A stretch of DNA of 63,013 nt, counting the filler, from Rhabdomonas costata (taxonomy: Eukaryota), in assembly GCA_019059605.1 (NCBI GenBank). It is 37 parts of 37 records of this genome, joined end to end, with 100 filler letters (N's around TTAATTAATTAA, not from the genome) between each part and the next. Parts side by side here need not be neighbours in the genome. Positions count along the whole stretch, not along the records: positions 23,863 to 25,467 come from JAHMHO010012163.1; positions 25,568 to 27,172 come from JAHMHO010012164.1; positions 27,273 to 28,878 come from JAHMHO010012165.1; positions 28,979 to 30,583 come from JAHMHO010012166.1; positions 30,684 to 32,287 come from JAHMHO010012167.1; positions 32,388 to 34,017 come from JAHMHO010012168.1; positions 34,118 to 35,751 come from JAHMHO010012169.1; positions 35,852 to 37,456 come from JAHMHO010012170.1; 29 more parts are not named here. One strand, written 5' to 3'. The stretch's first letter is position 1. The number at the start of each line of letters is the position of its first letter. The position numbers and the translations under genes are program-made. A model generated the notes under the pieces. It did not search any database and was not told the DNA's origin. It worked only from the letters and a program-made list of their open reading frames with translations. Of this stretch, positions 24,701-39,260 are shown one piece after another.

Positions 24701-25719
24701 AGTCTTTGTTTGAAGTGTCCTGCGCCCGTGGTTTCTCACAAACCTCAGCCGTTTGGACTTCTAGTCACAAATGTCACCTTATTCTTCGCCAAACACGCCC
24801 TTACTGAAGTGTGGCGTGTCATACCTTCTTACATTTCTCCAGTTGCAACCGTTCGCTCTGATCATTTTGATCATTTCATGGAAGCATCTCTTTCCTGTTT
24901 CTCGGGCACTTGCATGCTCCAGTGAAATTGCCCCACCATAACTTCGAACTTTAACGTGGCTGGCCTTCAGGCGTGATTGAGCCAACCCTCTTATACAATT
25001 CCGATACTCCATACAATACATGGTTCTCTATGGTAGATGTAGAATCCCGATCCGGGCAACCATATATTGATTCATCTTTGGCTTCAATCCGAGTCTATCC
25101 ATTTCCCACTATCTACATATCTAAATACGAGTCTATCCACACTATACCGCCTTTGTTCACCAAGGTGTTTCAGTGCACCGTTCTTGGCCCAAACCAAACG
25201 CCTTTTTCCACGCATCGGGCTGCTGTTCACGCTTTTCAACGGGAACTCATTTTCTATCATCCCTCGCCACAACAATCATCGACGGTAGCGTAAAAACACA
25301 TGTGTTCTGGCGGATGCTGCAGACAATTGATCCCCCGCTCGACGCCGCCGACTCATTTAGGATTGGTCAGATGCAATTCCTTCCGACCGAAGAGGCTCTT
25401 TGCATGGGCTGTCGCCATGTGGTCATGCTCATTGCCGCTTGCCCCCACCCCTCCATTCTCTCAAAACNNNNNNNNNNNNNNNNNNNNNNNNNNNNNNNNN
25501 NNNNNNNNNNNTTAATTAATTAANNNNNNNNNNNNNNNNNNNNNNNNNNNNNNNNNNNNNNNNNNNNGTTTTTTTTTGATGAATGAGCGACCTTACCTGG
25601 GAGGCTGGGCACCGTTTCCATGTGTGCAACTCTTTCCTCCTCGATGCCCTGGGTTTGTGACTCATAATGTGTCTTTCAGGCGTTTTGCTACACTTCTCTT
25701 GTGTATTGGACCCGCGCAG

Positions 25720-27031
25720 GTCAGCTCAGAGGTAATGGAGGAGTACCCAGTGTGGGTGATGAAGGCGAAGGGGGAATCACTCAGTGGCGAGCTGGTGCAC
25801 CGCTGAAGCCCTTCATTTATATTTGCTTGAATATTTTGATCTCTGGAGTCCCTAGCATAGAATCCTTGGTTTTCTCAAGATTTTATTATTCAGCCGGCTT
25901 TTCACATGGTGGAGGGCCGAAGCAGGCCTGGGATCTTTTTATGTACAGCAGGCCTCGCGAACATCGCCTCCACAGCACTGGTTTGGCCACAGAGCGTCCC
26001 ATCATCCAGGAACCAACGCTTCAGGGGAGGGAGGGCGGCACTCTTGCACCAGTTCCAGTTGCTGAAGAGTGATGAAAAAACGGCTTTTCTAGAAAAGTCT
26101 GTGGTAAAACCTCTGAACTGGTCAAAAACATTTCCGCTCCAAATCGCCCATGCATATGCTTTGCGACCATAGTGACAGAGCCTAGAGCTGACTCCAAATG
26201 GTTGCCAATGGATGCCAGAGCTGCACTAATGACAGTGCTTCGTGCATCATTGACTGAAAAAAAATCTCTGCCAAGGTTTACGCCGTGGCCCCTCTGAGCT
26301 CCGAGATAGCCGATGCAGCGTTAGTTGCGGACACTCTGGAGCTGTGTGTCGGGCCGCGCCGGGGGGAGTACGCGGTTTCCCGCGTGGAGGCTGGACGGCT
26401 CTCAGCTCTGCTTCGGCTGCATGCCGAGGTGGAGGAGCACTGCGCACATGCGGTGGAGCTGAGCAAGGTCCCTTTATTTCTTTACTCTACCGGAGCGAGC
26501 GCACAGATGCAGACCCCCAACGCCTGCAGCTTTGTTGGCGAATACCGTATATCGCCCTGTGCTTGGTGGTTTATTAACCGTCTGCTTGTGAATTTTACTT
26601 TCTGCTGTGAACCTGGCAGTGGCAAAACACGCTTTTTTTCTCAAAGGTTTCATATAGATTTGTTGATTTGCGGTTTGAAATTGTGGTGAGGAGCACTGGA
26701 CCTTGTTAGCTGTGGTGAATCTTCATTAGCAAGCCCAGAAAATGCGTCCTTGGTTACGAATACCCAAAACGTACCCCAGTCAGCGTCCCGCCTCGTGGGT
26801 ACCCGCCCGAACCTCATATCAACCTGACCCAATTCACATTTTCAAACAAACTGGGCTGACATAAATGCGAAAGGCGCAGTGGCCAGAGACAAATAGTTTC
26901 ACAGAACACCGATGTTCTGCCGTCTTGTTTCTGTAGAAGGCTAAGTTTGCCGAGGCTCTGGACCAGGTTCATCGTGCCGAGGCCAACGTGGACCATTGCA
27001 AGGCCTTGCAGCCCTCATACCGCAATCCTTC
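25720..27031 (+). CDS. Hypothetical protein, partial; at least 3 exons
   Basis: AG/GT-bounded blocks VSSEVMEEYPVWVMKAKGESLSGEL, VYAVAPLSSEIAD...HAVELSK and KAKFAEALDQVHRAEANVDHCK join in phase 0. Ends approximate. Confidence 0.5.
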
Positions 27032-27354
27032 CGTGCCATACACCCGGGCGTGTGCGCTAGCCAGCAAGGGCACGGATCCAGAGGCCGCCAGAGTGGCACT
27101 GGACCAGGCTATCGAGCTGGCACCATGGCTGAAAGGCGTGTAAACCTCTGTCTCACCCCCACACCACCCACANNNNNNNNNNNNNNNNNNNNNNNNNNNN
27201 NNNNNNNNNNNNNNNNTTAATTAATTAANNNNNNNNNNNNNNNNNNNNNNNNNNNNNNNNNNNNNNNNNNNNTGTCGTGCCAAATTATGTGCTTTAAGTT
27301 CTCGACTTTCGAGAATCAACGATTCTTTTCCTTGGGATGTGTACGGGTGGACAG

Positions 27355-28536
27355 GCGCTGGAGCGTGCGCGGGAGCTGGGCGGGCAGCACAAGTTTTCGG
27401 ACGCCCAGAAGGTGCTTCGCGAGGCCATGGAGAAAATCACAACGTCTGTGTCGGCGGAGGTGTCCGTCCCTTCCCCTTCCCCCACGTTCCCCTTCTTGCT
27501 CACTCTCTGCCGCCCTCGCGGCCGGTTCTGCGTTGCCCATCTCCCCAAACTGGCTGGAACGGAGGACTGGGGGATATTTTCTTCTGCACATTCCATGTGC
27601 ACTGCACCCCTCCGACCACTTAACCACAATAGAGGCTCTGTGGGCTGGACGGAGCCTTCCACTTTCCAGGGGCGGGGGGGGGGGAAGGACGGGTCTTTCT
27701 CGTGTTGTTTGCCATCATGGGAAAAGGCACGTTGCTGCTGACCAGATACCGTTGGTTGCAGCGCCACAACTTCCTCCCCCACTTCGCGGACGAAGAAGAA
27801 TAACACGCCCTGTTTGCAAGTCCCCTGTCGCGCTCTGAGATTAGAAAAAGAATCGAAACAGAAATGTGCTGAACATTATAGACTCTAGTACCAGCTTTTT
27901 ACACGGATTCCCTTGCTTTCCCAATGGGAGGCTTTTTTGCTTGCCTCTTTGTAAAAAGCGAATGGCTTCGGCCTCACACAAACACGCACACACACACACA
28001 CACGATACATACATACATGTGTTTGGTTCGCACCCGCAGGACCCGTTCTGCAAGGCCCTAGTGGGTGACCTTCTGCGGACGTGGGAGCTGATGCAGGAAA
28101 CGGTGTACGACGTCAGGTCTGTGATCATGGCATTGCGTGCCCGCTGGTTGCTCGTCCAAGCTCACCTCAGCGCCACTCTTCCTTTCCCTTCAATGCGGTT
28201 CCGTTGGTTCATCGCTTAGGTAATGTGCCGTTTTCCAATTCGTGGGAAATTGGGGAGTGGAAAAGCCCAGGTTATACAACATGGTTTTATTTTGAAGCAC
28301 CAAGAGTGTAAGGCTCCAGGCAGCGGCTTACTCCAGCCCCCCTCCTCCTTCGCGCCCCCATCGGATGCCTTGTCTCTCGCAGCACGCCCTACTTCCTGGA
28401 AAGCGTGGTGCAGTCCCACACGCAGCAGAGGGCCACCTCGACATGCTTCAGCATCGCGTCGCCGTGCCTGTCCTCGCAGGCGTACTGCACCCCATCGCAG
28501 ACCGCGATGCGCGTGGCCGCCATTCCACAACCTCAG
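27355..28536 (+). CDS. VWA-associated C-terminal (Vwaint-like) region; exons 27355-27459, 28040-28116, 28383-~28536
   Basis: ALERARELGGQHKFSDAQKVL...SVSAE / DPFCKALVGDL...VYDVS / TPYFLESVVQSHTQQRATS...AYCTPSQTAM follows the SHxxQRA...YxTP pattern of RING-VWA protein C-termini. Confidence 0.8.
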
Positions 28537-30683
28537 GTGGAGCAGGAGATGGGAGGGCTCAAAGCAGCTCGTCGTGAAATGGCAACACTTACAAACAAAG
28601 ATGCGACGAAACGGGAAGGTATGAACGAAGCGTTACATAGGAAGGTGTACCACCGGGTTTTAAGCTCCGAAGCCCACGTCAGTGTTCTGAAAAAGTTCTG
28701 AAAAAGAAGCAAGAAAGAGGCATCGGGCCAAGTTACCCAGGTAACGCCAGCATAGCGATCTCCTATGTTATGTGCCCTGTGCCGTGTGTCCTGATGCACA
28801 GACCGGTGCGCCCATACGCGGGGCCCGCTCACCGCCTCCACCGCGGCCCCACCGCCCTCACAGGACCCACCACCCCCCNNNNNNNNNNNNNNNNNNNNNN
28901 NNNNNNNNNNNNNNNNNNNNNNTTAATTAATTAANNNNNNNNNNNNNNNNNNNNNNNNNNNNNNNNNNNNNNNNNNNNGTTTGTGTGGTACATCCCATGT
29001 TTTGTGCCTTCCAGAGTAAGGAGCTTCTGACGCAAGCCGTGGAGTTGTTCCGGCGCTGCCAGGCGCTGATGGAGCAAGCGGTGAAGTTCATCGACAACCC
29101 GGACGAGCTGGATTACCTGGCAAAGCTGAACAAGGTGATTTGACTCACGACACTCCCTTTTCTTCCACCAGTGCTCATTATAACGCTGGAGAGAAGATAT
29201 TGGGGCTGCGGTGTCAGATAATGCATTCAAACGGAGCCGGGGTGAGCCGTTACCTCACGGCTGACAACAGAGCTATACCCTACCCTCCGTGCGAGCACCC
29301 AGGCTGCGCGAGTCTAAAGTTAGGGGCAGCTTTTCTTTCCATCATCACTCTCCTTCATGTGTGTGTGTGTTTCCTTTCCGCCTTTTCATCGCGCAAACGT
29401 ACGAAAACGCCAGCATACAAACGCAACTGTCCCTAAGTCAAAGACGAGAGAACTGAATTTCACGTCCTCATCGCTCTCCATTCAGCGTTTTTTCTGTTTC
29501 ATTGTGTTTGGTGCTCTATTTTTCAATCTTCTCACTTGTGGTGTTGCTGAACAACCTTCATAACATCATTGGCATAAGGCCAGTTATATTACGGGACCCT
29601 CGTTTCAGGGTTCAGGGTTCCCATGTATTGCTTTACTGCGCGAATGGAGTATCTTCATTGGGTCCGTGAGTAACTGGACATATGCCCGCCCGTGAGATCA
29701 GGATACTGACGCTCGAGTGCCTTCTTCACAGCACCCGCACTCTTTTCCCCAAGCAGCCGCTCCAATTACCTTGAGCACCACAAATTCTGCACCCTCTTTT
29801 GTAGCCTTTTGCGGTTATATGGAATTCTCAACCTTCTTGCTGTCTGTAGGTCTGCAAGGCCAACGCGGTCAGCCTGGCGGTGTACCTGCGTGCCCGCGAA
29901 ACCCCGGACGAAGGACCGAAGCATGTGGAATACGACTACAGCTTCTGCGGGATGTTTCCCGCGCTCAAGCTGAAGAAAACGGCTCCGGTTGGGGGAGGTC
30001 CACCCACGCACAGCTTCTACACACACATCATTCTGCTTAGACACGACAAAGCGGATTAAAACTCACGGTAAGGACTGATTCTGGCGTGGCGGGCGCTAGG
30101 GGTGGCCAACATATGAAATGACCTCGGGGAGGTGCGCCATCTGAACCGGTGCGGCGCTGCTGACACGAGTTTTTGGGAAGCCCTCACTTCTCTTTTCCCT
30201 GCACAACTTCAACCTTTCAACTGGACACCATCTTGTCCGAAGAAAAAAGACCCGACCAATGCATTTATGCTTTCCTTCAAAGGAAAGTCCGAAAAGATCC
30301 GTGAGAATCCCGGAAAAAGAGGGACGTCATGTCTATCTAGTATTGGTGGGGCTCCATACTCCATGTCTGTGTTCTCCGAGATCTCCGCAGCGGGCTTCTC
30401 GATGGGAAGCAGGCAGGGCAGCACCTTCGCCGGGTTGCGGTAGGCCAGCCGCAGCACCGTGCAAGGAACGCAGCGCGTGTGGCACTCCACCTATGTGTGC
30501 GTGCGCACATCAGCGCGGCTTGCATGAATGAATGCGTGCATTTGGATGTACGCATCCGCTTCACAGCAGGCAAAACCAAAACCNNNNNNNNNNNNNNNNN
30601 NNNNNNNNNNNNNNNNNNNNNNNNNNNTTAATTAATTAANNNNNNNNNNNNNNNNNNNNNNNNNNNNNNNNNNNNNNNNNNNN

Positions 30684-32223
<1,540 letters not shown>

Positions 32224-32387
32224 CCTGACGCAGGCGGAGGGGAAGAACTTGGATGACTGACCAGCATTGTCGAGAATCTCTTGAGCTNNNNNNNNNNNNN
32301 NNNNNNNNNNNNNNNNNNNNNNNNNNNNNNNTTAATTAATTAANNNNNNNNNNNNNNNNNNNNNNNNNNNNNNNNNNNNNNNNNNNN

Positions 32388-32439
<52 letters not shown>
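32388..32439 (+). repeat. (TG)n microsatellite; others at ~34759-34802, and (CT)n at ~11117-11220
   Basis: Directly visible. Confidence 0.95.
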
Positions 32440-32440
<1 letters not shown>

Positions 32441-34506
32441 AAATTCAAATGTGACTCGTTAGTGGCTAGTTCTAGCACCGGACAATCAGTAGGAAAGGGA
32501 GAAAGGAATGGGCCCAGTGGAATCACCCAGTATTCTTTCTGTGTGTTGCTTGGTTTGTAGCTTGTTCATTTTCATGTGCATTGTGCCGCAGCCTGGGGTC
32601 CCAAAGCCACCTTGCAAAATCCCTTGCCCACTGTCTGTTCTTCTGCATCACAGCGTGACTGAAAGGATCCCTACTATGGTATCACGAGAATAGGAACATG
32701 GAAAAGGAAATATATCTGAAATGCTCGTCCAATATCTCCATCCTCTTTGATTTTCTCGAGGGAAGCTACGGCCTCCAATCCTTCATTCGCCATTGCTCAT
32801 CCCCCATGTGCTTCTGTAAGGCGTCCAATGAGGGCCCCATTGAGCTCTTCAGCCGCTCAGCCTCGGGGGCCCCCGGGAGTTGTTGCTCCTCCCCGCACCG
32901 GCGCCCAAGCCACCTGCAGAGCACCCGCTCCAAGGGGTCAGGTGTCCCCAACTCCTTCCACGCCTCACCCACTGCTTCTTTCTCTTCTCAATGGCTCAGT
33001 ATGCCTTTCTCTTGGGGCGAAATGGCCACGGGTGCAGCAGCGCTGTCGTACGAATCCTGACGTTATTTGGATGTGCTGTTTCCATCCTTTTTTAACTTTT
33101 ATCTCTAAAACGAAATGCTGTTCCTATGGACAAGCCTCCAAAGGGGCATCCACACAAGTCGAATGGCGGCGGGGTGGGGAAGGTCGGCCACAGAGAGGGT
33201 GGAGGAAAATGGAGAGATTGTGAATGAACTCCCGAGGTGGTGGCAACAGCCGTTTTCTGCGGCTTGCAACCGCCGAGGAGACGCCAAATGTCATCAAATG
33301 AGACTGGTCTAGTCTGGATAGATATAGGCTCGCTTTCGGTTGCAAGGACCACTAAGGCGTCAGCAGGGGAAAACGGGTAACGGGTTCTCACTAACACCAC
33401 CACCACCACCGCATGTGCACCCGCACGTGCAGCGAACGCGCTGCTGGTGGGGGCTGCGAGGACTCCCAAGGGGAAGGCCCTGCAGGGAGGGCCTGTTCCC
33501 ACCCCCCACACCCCGTCCTCTTCCTGCGGGGCGACGGAGAAGGCCTCCGGGACAGGGACAGGGACAGGCCCCCGAGGTGGTGGGTGGACCCGGCGGAGGA
33601 TTACCGCGCTGTACCTGAGGTTTGACTTTGGGCAGTTCAGCCACGGGGAGCCCAGAGGCGAGGCCCTGGACAGCCAGTACCGCGGTGCGAGCCGGCCTTC
33701 CCTCCCCCTCTCACATACACACAGACAGCCGGCTGCAAGCGAGCCAGGGGTCCACTGGACAGGCTCAAGAGACCCGACAAACAGGCACAGTGACAGTCAC
33801 AGTCACAGTGAAAGTGAGCCGCCACCCCGTGGAACCATTTTGACAGAGTTCTGTAGAAGTGAGCACCCTAGCAACCAATCAGTATGTGTTATATTGTCCA
33901 GTAGACGCCGGGTGCATATACAGCCCACCACCGCTGAGAAAAAGGGAGCATCCCATCTGGATGACATTTCTTGAGCGTTATGTACTAAACACCATCACAC
34001 ATGCACCCCCCCCAACCNNNNNNNNNNNNNNNNNNNNNNNNNNNNNNNNNNNNNNNNNNNNTTAATTAATTAANNNNNNNNNNNNNNNNNNNNNNNNNNN
34101 NNNNNNNNNNNNNNNNNTGTGGTGGGTGTGGTTGGGTGGGGGGTTAGCTGTGTTGAGCGAGATGTTTTATAAAGTTGATTGCGGTGGCGTGAATGTGGTG
34201 GTTTCAGTGCTGACGATAGTTATGCAGTTCGCAGGTGATGCGGGTGCGGAGCCTTTGGTCAGCGATTCTTACCGTTTTATGAGGAACCAACAAAATCAAG
34301 CCTTGTTTTTTGTTTTTCATCCTTTTTGAGTCCGGGAAAACTGCATGATGCAATGCTGTCGTTTTTGTGGCCATTCACTGCTCGAAACTTGCATTATTCG
34401 CTTCGCTCTTCTTGTAACTCTGGACCCATCCAGTTGCTCCTTTTTCTCAGCCTTTTTCTCAGGCTTCATTTTGCTTTCATTTCTTTGCGAGTATTTGGTA
34501 GAAAGC

Positions 34507-34754
34507 ATGGCATTCGCTTCGGCCGATCTCTTCCGAAAGATGAGGCTGACAGAGCCCACGGAGCACTCCATTGAGAAGCGCCGTGAGCTGGAGAGGCAGC
34601 GCAAGGAGAGGGTGTTCGACCCCAAAGCCCACACCATTGGCGTCGACAAAGACGCGTATGTGAGAGCGGCCCTCTTTCGGCTCTCACATTCACCCGCTTA
34701 GATGGCTCGCGTTTGGGCACCTCTTGTCTCTCGTCTCCACGTGTGTGTTCGTGC

Positions 34755-34804
<50 letters not shown>

Positions 34805-35751
34805 CCTAAGAACGGCTCTCATCCGTTTTCCTCTTGTTTCTATGTTTATGGTTTCGGCCCGTCTGTGGTGGTATCAAGAGAGCGGTTTCAGGATTGGTGA
34901 GGCGTGATTCAAAGGTTGGTCCGAGTTTCGTTCCGAGTGCATCGGCACCTCACTGTGAAATACGTTGGTGATGTTCGTGCTGAGCTTTGGGCAGCGTCAG
35001 CACGTCGCTGTTTCGCTCCCGGGGTGAAGAATACAGGGCTGGAAATGGCTATGAGAAGTCAGGGGGTGCGTCCAAGCTTTTCATCATCAGTTGGATGTAA
35101 GGGGTTTCAGCGGATGGCTTGCCTGCGTTCATCTGATCGTGCACATCTGTCTTGTGGCTTGGTTTTTGCCCGACCCTGCTCTGTCTCACTGTTTGCAAAG
35201 TCTGGATGCCCAAGTTGAAGAGCAAGCCCGGCTGAAGATGCTGGAGAAGCAGCGTGATGAGTTCTATGCGAACCAGGCTGTGCAGATGGACCAGCACGCG
35301 GTATGCATCGCGGGGAGGGATGATAACGGCAGAACTTTTTTTTACCGAATAGAAATTCTCTGGGTGGGTCATCACTGTTGATATATGACGGAGCCCAGAA
35401 AATGCTTGCAAATGATGCGGATAAATATTTCTTTTGTTTGCGCAAAGCCGCAGGGCGGGATGATTTGGTGGTGGTTGCACGAGCTCGCGGAAGTTTTTTG
35501 TCGTCCATCTGATGTAAATCTCTTTTTTTTGTTGTTGTAGAGGGAGGGGTTCTGATAGGTTTATCCGTGGGTTACTCCAGTCATCTTGGCAGGTGGCCAC
35601 CATCACCGGAATTTCTTTCTTCCGACATCATGCATCATGTTAGCACGCGTGTGGCATGTATTGCGCCTGTTGTGTGCCTCCTTTGGCCCGATCTCGCAGC
35701 TCTTTCTGGGGGCCCGCGAGGAAGAGGCCCGGAGGGAGATGGCCCGTGACG
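34507..35751 (+). CDS. RIB43A-like axonemal ribbon protein, N-terminal part; exons 34507-34655, 35201-35300, 35700-35751
   Basis: IEKRRELERQRKERVFDPKAHTIGVDKDA / LDAQVEEQ matches the RIB43A motif R.F....RTIGVD..AL..QV.E; phases agree. Confidence 0.88.
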
Positions 35752-36243
35752 NNNNNNNNNNNNNNNNNNNNNNNNNNNNNNNNNNNNNNNNNNNNTTAAT
35801 TAATTAANNNNNNNNNNNNNNNNNNNNNNNNNNNNNNNNNNNNNNNNNNNNGGGGTTTTGGTGAATGAGCGTTGGGTTAGCAGGGTCATGGTCATGGGCG
35901 GGTCCCAGAATCAATACCCGCATATTTTGTGTCCTGCGGAGTTCTTACTGTTCTTACTGCCATTGAAGTCCTGAACGATGGACTTTTTTGGTGCAGTTCG
36001 AAGCTTGTATACAAGCTAAGCCTAGCGTCCTGCTTTTGCTATCATCCCCCTCACCGTTGGAAAGCTGGGGCTATTTTCAGGCTACAAGCCAAGCCACATC
36101 TCCGAGCTGCCAACGAGTCAGTCTCTGAGTAACGCTTCTGCACATGCTCTTTTATCGCGCTCCTGTTCTCTTCTGTCCTTTCCTCTCCTCTCCTCTCCTC
36201 TCCTCTTTGATGCTCCGCTCCCCTCTTTTCCCGGGTTTTTAAG

Positions 36244-36478
36244 GGTTACGACTTGATCGTAAGCCTGTCGCAGGAGTACGAGGCCTGTTTGGGGCAGGCC
36301 GCCGTGGCCCAACATGGCCTTCCTATTGATCTCAGGGTTCACCTCAGGGCTGCCAGATTACGCCTTACCTCCAGCTGCACCACCCCTGTTCCTCGCGGGC
36401 TACATCGCGTGTCTCTTGACCACCTCCGGTGTGGTGTGCGTGGTAGGGCCGATGAAGCTTCCCGCTAATAACCAGGAG
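36244..36478 (+). pseudogene. BMP/PnrA-type periplasmic-binding domain exon with a frameshift near 36304
   Basis: GYDLIVSLSQEYEACLGQAA, then in another frame WPNMAFLLISG...LFLAGYIACLLTTSGVVCVVGPMKLP; AG/GT-bounded. The frameshift may be a sequencing error. Confidence 0.7.
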
Positions 36479-37310
36479 GTGTCTTCTGTGAAAGAGGCTC
36501 TGACATTATCTGCTGTTCACAATCCACTGACCCCACCGTTCTCCCCCCCCCCTCTAGCCGACTTCACCACGCTGATATGCGTGAAGGGGAGGGGAGATTC
36601 AAGCCGTAATATTTCACCCCGATTTCGGTTGCGGGTGGTTTTTTTAGCTGGGCATGTCTCAACGGTTGGCGATGGATGCGCGATTTTCAGTGGGATGGGT
36701 GCCAGCCACGTGGAATGAGTATGGCCATGTTGGAGCATCTACAAAACTGAAAGGGAACGTATTAGGCGACCCCCGTGGACCCCGGTGAGCAATCGGTCCC
36801 ACAAGGGGGCCAAAGGGGGCGGAGCCGGAAGCTGGGATCCCAACACCGATGAAAAAGTCTTCCCAGTTACGGTCGGTCTAAACTGTGGGTCTGCCTATGC
36901 ACAGTTTGGTGGGTGGCTGGTAATCGAATGTGCTATGGACGCTTGTGCCCCACAACCAGTCTTTTGCAGTGGCGGTTTTTCCTTATGGACGAGCCATGGA
37001 TTTCACGCTCACCTGCTATATATGGGTTCCAGTGCACTTTTGGGGGCCAATACGGAAACTCCCCGCAGCTATGTCGTTTTGGGTGCGCGTGACCACGCAA
37101 AGTCCACCACTTTCTCAGGCAACGTCCATAAGCCGCTTACGCACATTCACCAGCTAACAGAATGCGTGAAGAGAGAGGAAGATGTGAAGATGTAAGACCA
37201 GATACCACCCCCACGAAATACGAGCATATGCTCGTAATCGTGGGGCCTTTTGTCTTTTGCTGGTCGTATACTTCGCTGCGCTCGTATACTCCCTACATGT
37301 GGTAGTGGAA

Positions 37311-37449
37311 GGGCTCCGCAGGGTGTGAGCTACCTGAGTTCAATGTCCTACTCCGGGTAAAAGTCGGGAAAGAAAAGGTGTCCTATTCTTTCCCGACTTT
37401 TACCCGGAGTAGGACATTGAACTCAGGTAGCTCACACCCTGCGGAGCCC
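37311..37449. repeat. Near-perfect palindrome (~68-bp arms) at contig end
   Basis: 37311-37378 is the reverse complement of 37382-37449 with one mismatch. Confidence 0.95.
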
Positions 37450-39260
37450 ACCCACANNNNNNNNNNNNNNNNNNNNNNNNNNNNNNNNNNNNNNNNNNNN
37501 TTAATTAATTAANNNNNNNNNNNNNNNNNNNNNNNNNNNNNNNNNNNNNNNNNNNNGGTTGGGTCTCTGAACGTCTGCAGTTCTAAAAAGTTGAACGAAA
37601 CATTCTACGACTGATTTCGAAAGGTCTGCTGGAGGATCCCAGGAATTCCTGGTGTTAAAGTTGGCATCCAGATGGACAAGGGACAAAATTTAGGCGATCA
37701 TCTGATCGGAGTCGAGCGGACGTGTAGGACAGCGTTGGTTGCATTAAATTTTTGGGGCAGGGACCGATTCCAGGGGGCCCTTAACTTTATGTGTAAGCTC
37801 CAATCGGAAAATATTGTAACTGTTACAAATAGCACCCGTTGCCCCCCCCCAACGTCAAAAGCGCGTACTATGCTGCAGCCATGAGTCTCAAGCTCGAAAG
37901 AGCTTGACGCAAGCGATGCACTACGCATATATGTTCTACTGCGCGCCAGAGTGACGACAAGGGCAAACCTTGATGGATCCAGAAAAAGTGCTGGAGCTGG
38001 AGCTGAAGGTTGACGGGAAGACCGCCCGCGAAGCCGCCCTGGGTCCACCCGTGGCGGAGCTCTGTGAAGGCCCACGGGAACCGGCCTCGCTTTCGAGTGA
38101 CCTGTGCATTGATTGCGCTTTTGTTTTGGACGCGATTTTTTGGGGAAGAAAAATCATATCACAAGAGGTCATACAGGACAATTATACAATTGTGAAGCTC
38201 CACGCAAAGGTTCAGCATCCAAAGTCCGGCATAGTACCGAAGAACAGTGGAAAAATGGAGGGAAAACACGATTCTTTTGTCTGAAACTCAAAATTCTCTC
38301 TCATGGGGGCGGAAGCCGAAGCGCCTCGGGTCTTCATTTTTGACTGTACAATTGAGGCAAAAAGTCTACGAGGCCATCCTTGCATCCCCTGGCGGTGGCT
38401 CTTCAGGCGGCTCTTTTTATCTCTCCCGCTCTCTTGTGCCGCTTCTTCCCCTCGCAGTCTCAGGATTTGACGTGACACCCACAACGTGCCAGAGAGGCGG
38501 CGAGCAAGGGGGTAACAGCTCGGGAAAGGAAGACGCGCGTCCCCAAGCCCTTAGAGGTGACGCGCAGAGGAAAAAATGTACGATTGGGGCACGAAAGCAT
38601 AAGTGTACTGTGGCATAGGAAAAAAAAAGAAGAGGAAACGGGGATGAAGTGCAGGGGGGAAGGGAAAGGTAAGAGAGGAGCGGCTGAGGCTGATGTGGGA
38701 GAGGTCGTTGTTGGTTGAGACGTGGACCCGACAGAAGGCCAAAAAAATGGAAAAATGGTAGGAATAATCACGTTCGTGCGACCTCTCATTTTTAGTTCCC
38801 TCGTATTCATTTCCAAACACATCCGTGATTTCTCAGCCGCGCCCTGAGCAACGTGCAATTTCAGCCCCACCACCTCCACTTCCCACCCAGGGTTGCACAA
38901 ACCTCAAATTTCAATGGAGCCCCCCCAAAAAATGCAATTCAACGTCACACAGTTCTAAGTTCAATGTCTTAAATTTCGTGCGGAGAGGTAAAGCGATCCT
39001 CAATTTCAATTCAAAGTTGGCGAAAAGTTTTCGAACCCCCTAAAACCTAGAAGCTCAACGTAGGACACTTCAAAGTTCAATCCAACCAAAAAATTTATCG
39101 TTCAAAATTCAACGCAACCTTGTCCCACCTCTTCTCCTAAAGTCCTGTAGGCGCATACCCNNNNNNNNNNNNNNNNNNNNNNNNNNNNNNNNNNNNNNNN
39201 NNNNTTAATTAATTAANNNNNNNNNNNNNNNNNNNNNNNNNNNNNNNNNNNNNNNNNNNN

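Noticed and set aside
37311-37449. Long palindrome as a transposon or hairpin telomere
   Set aside because: Same contig-terminal fold-back geometry; no target-site duplication or second copy seen.
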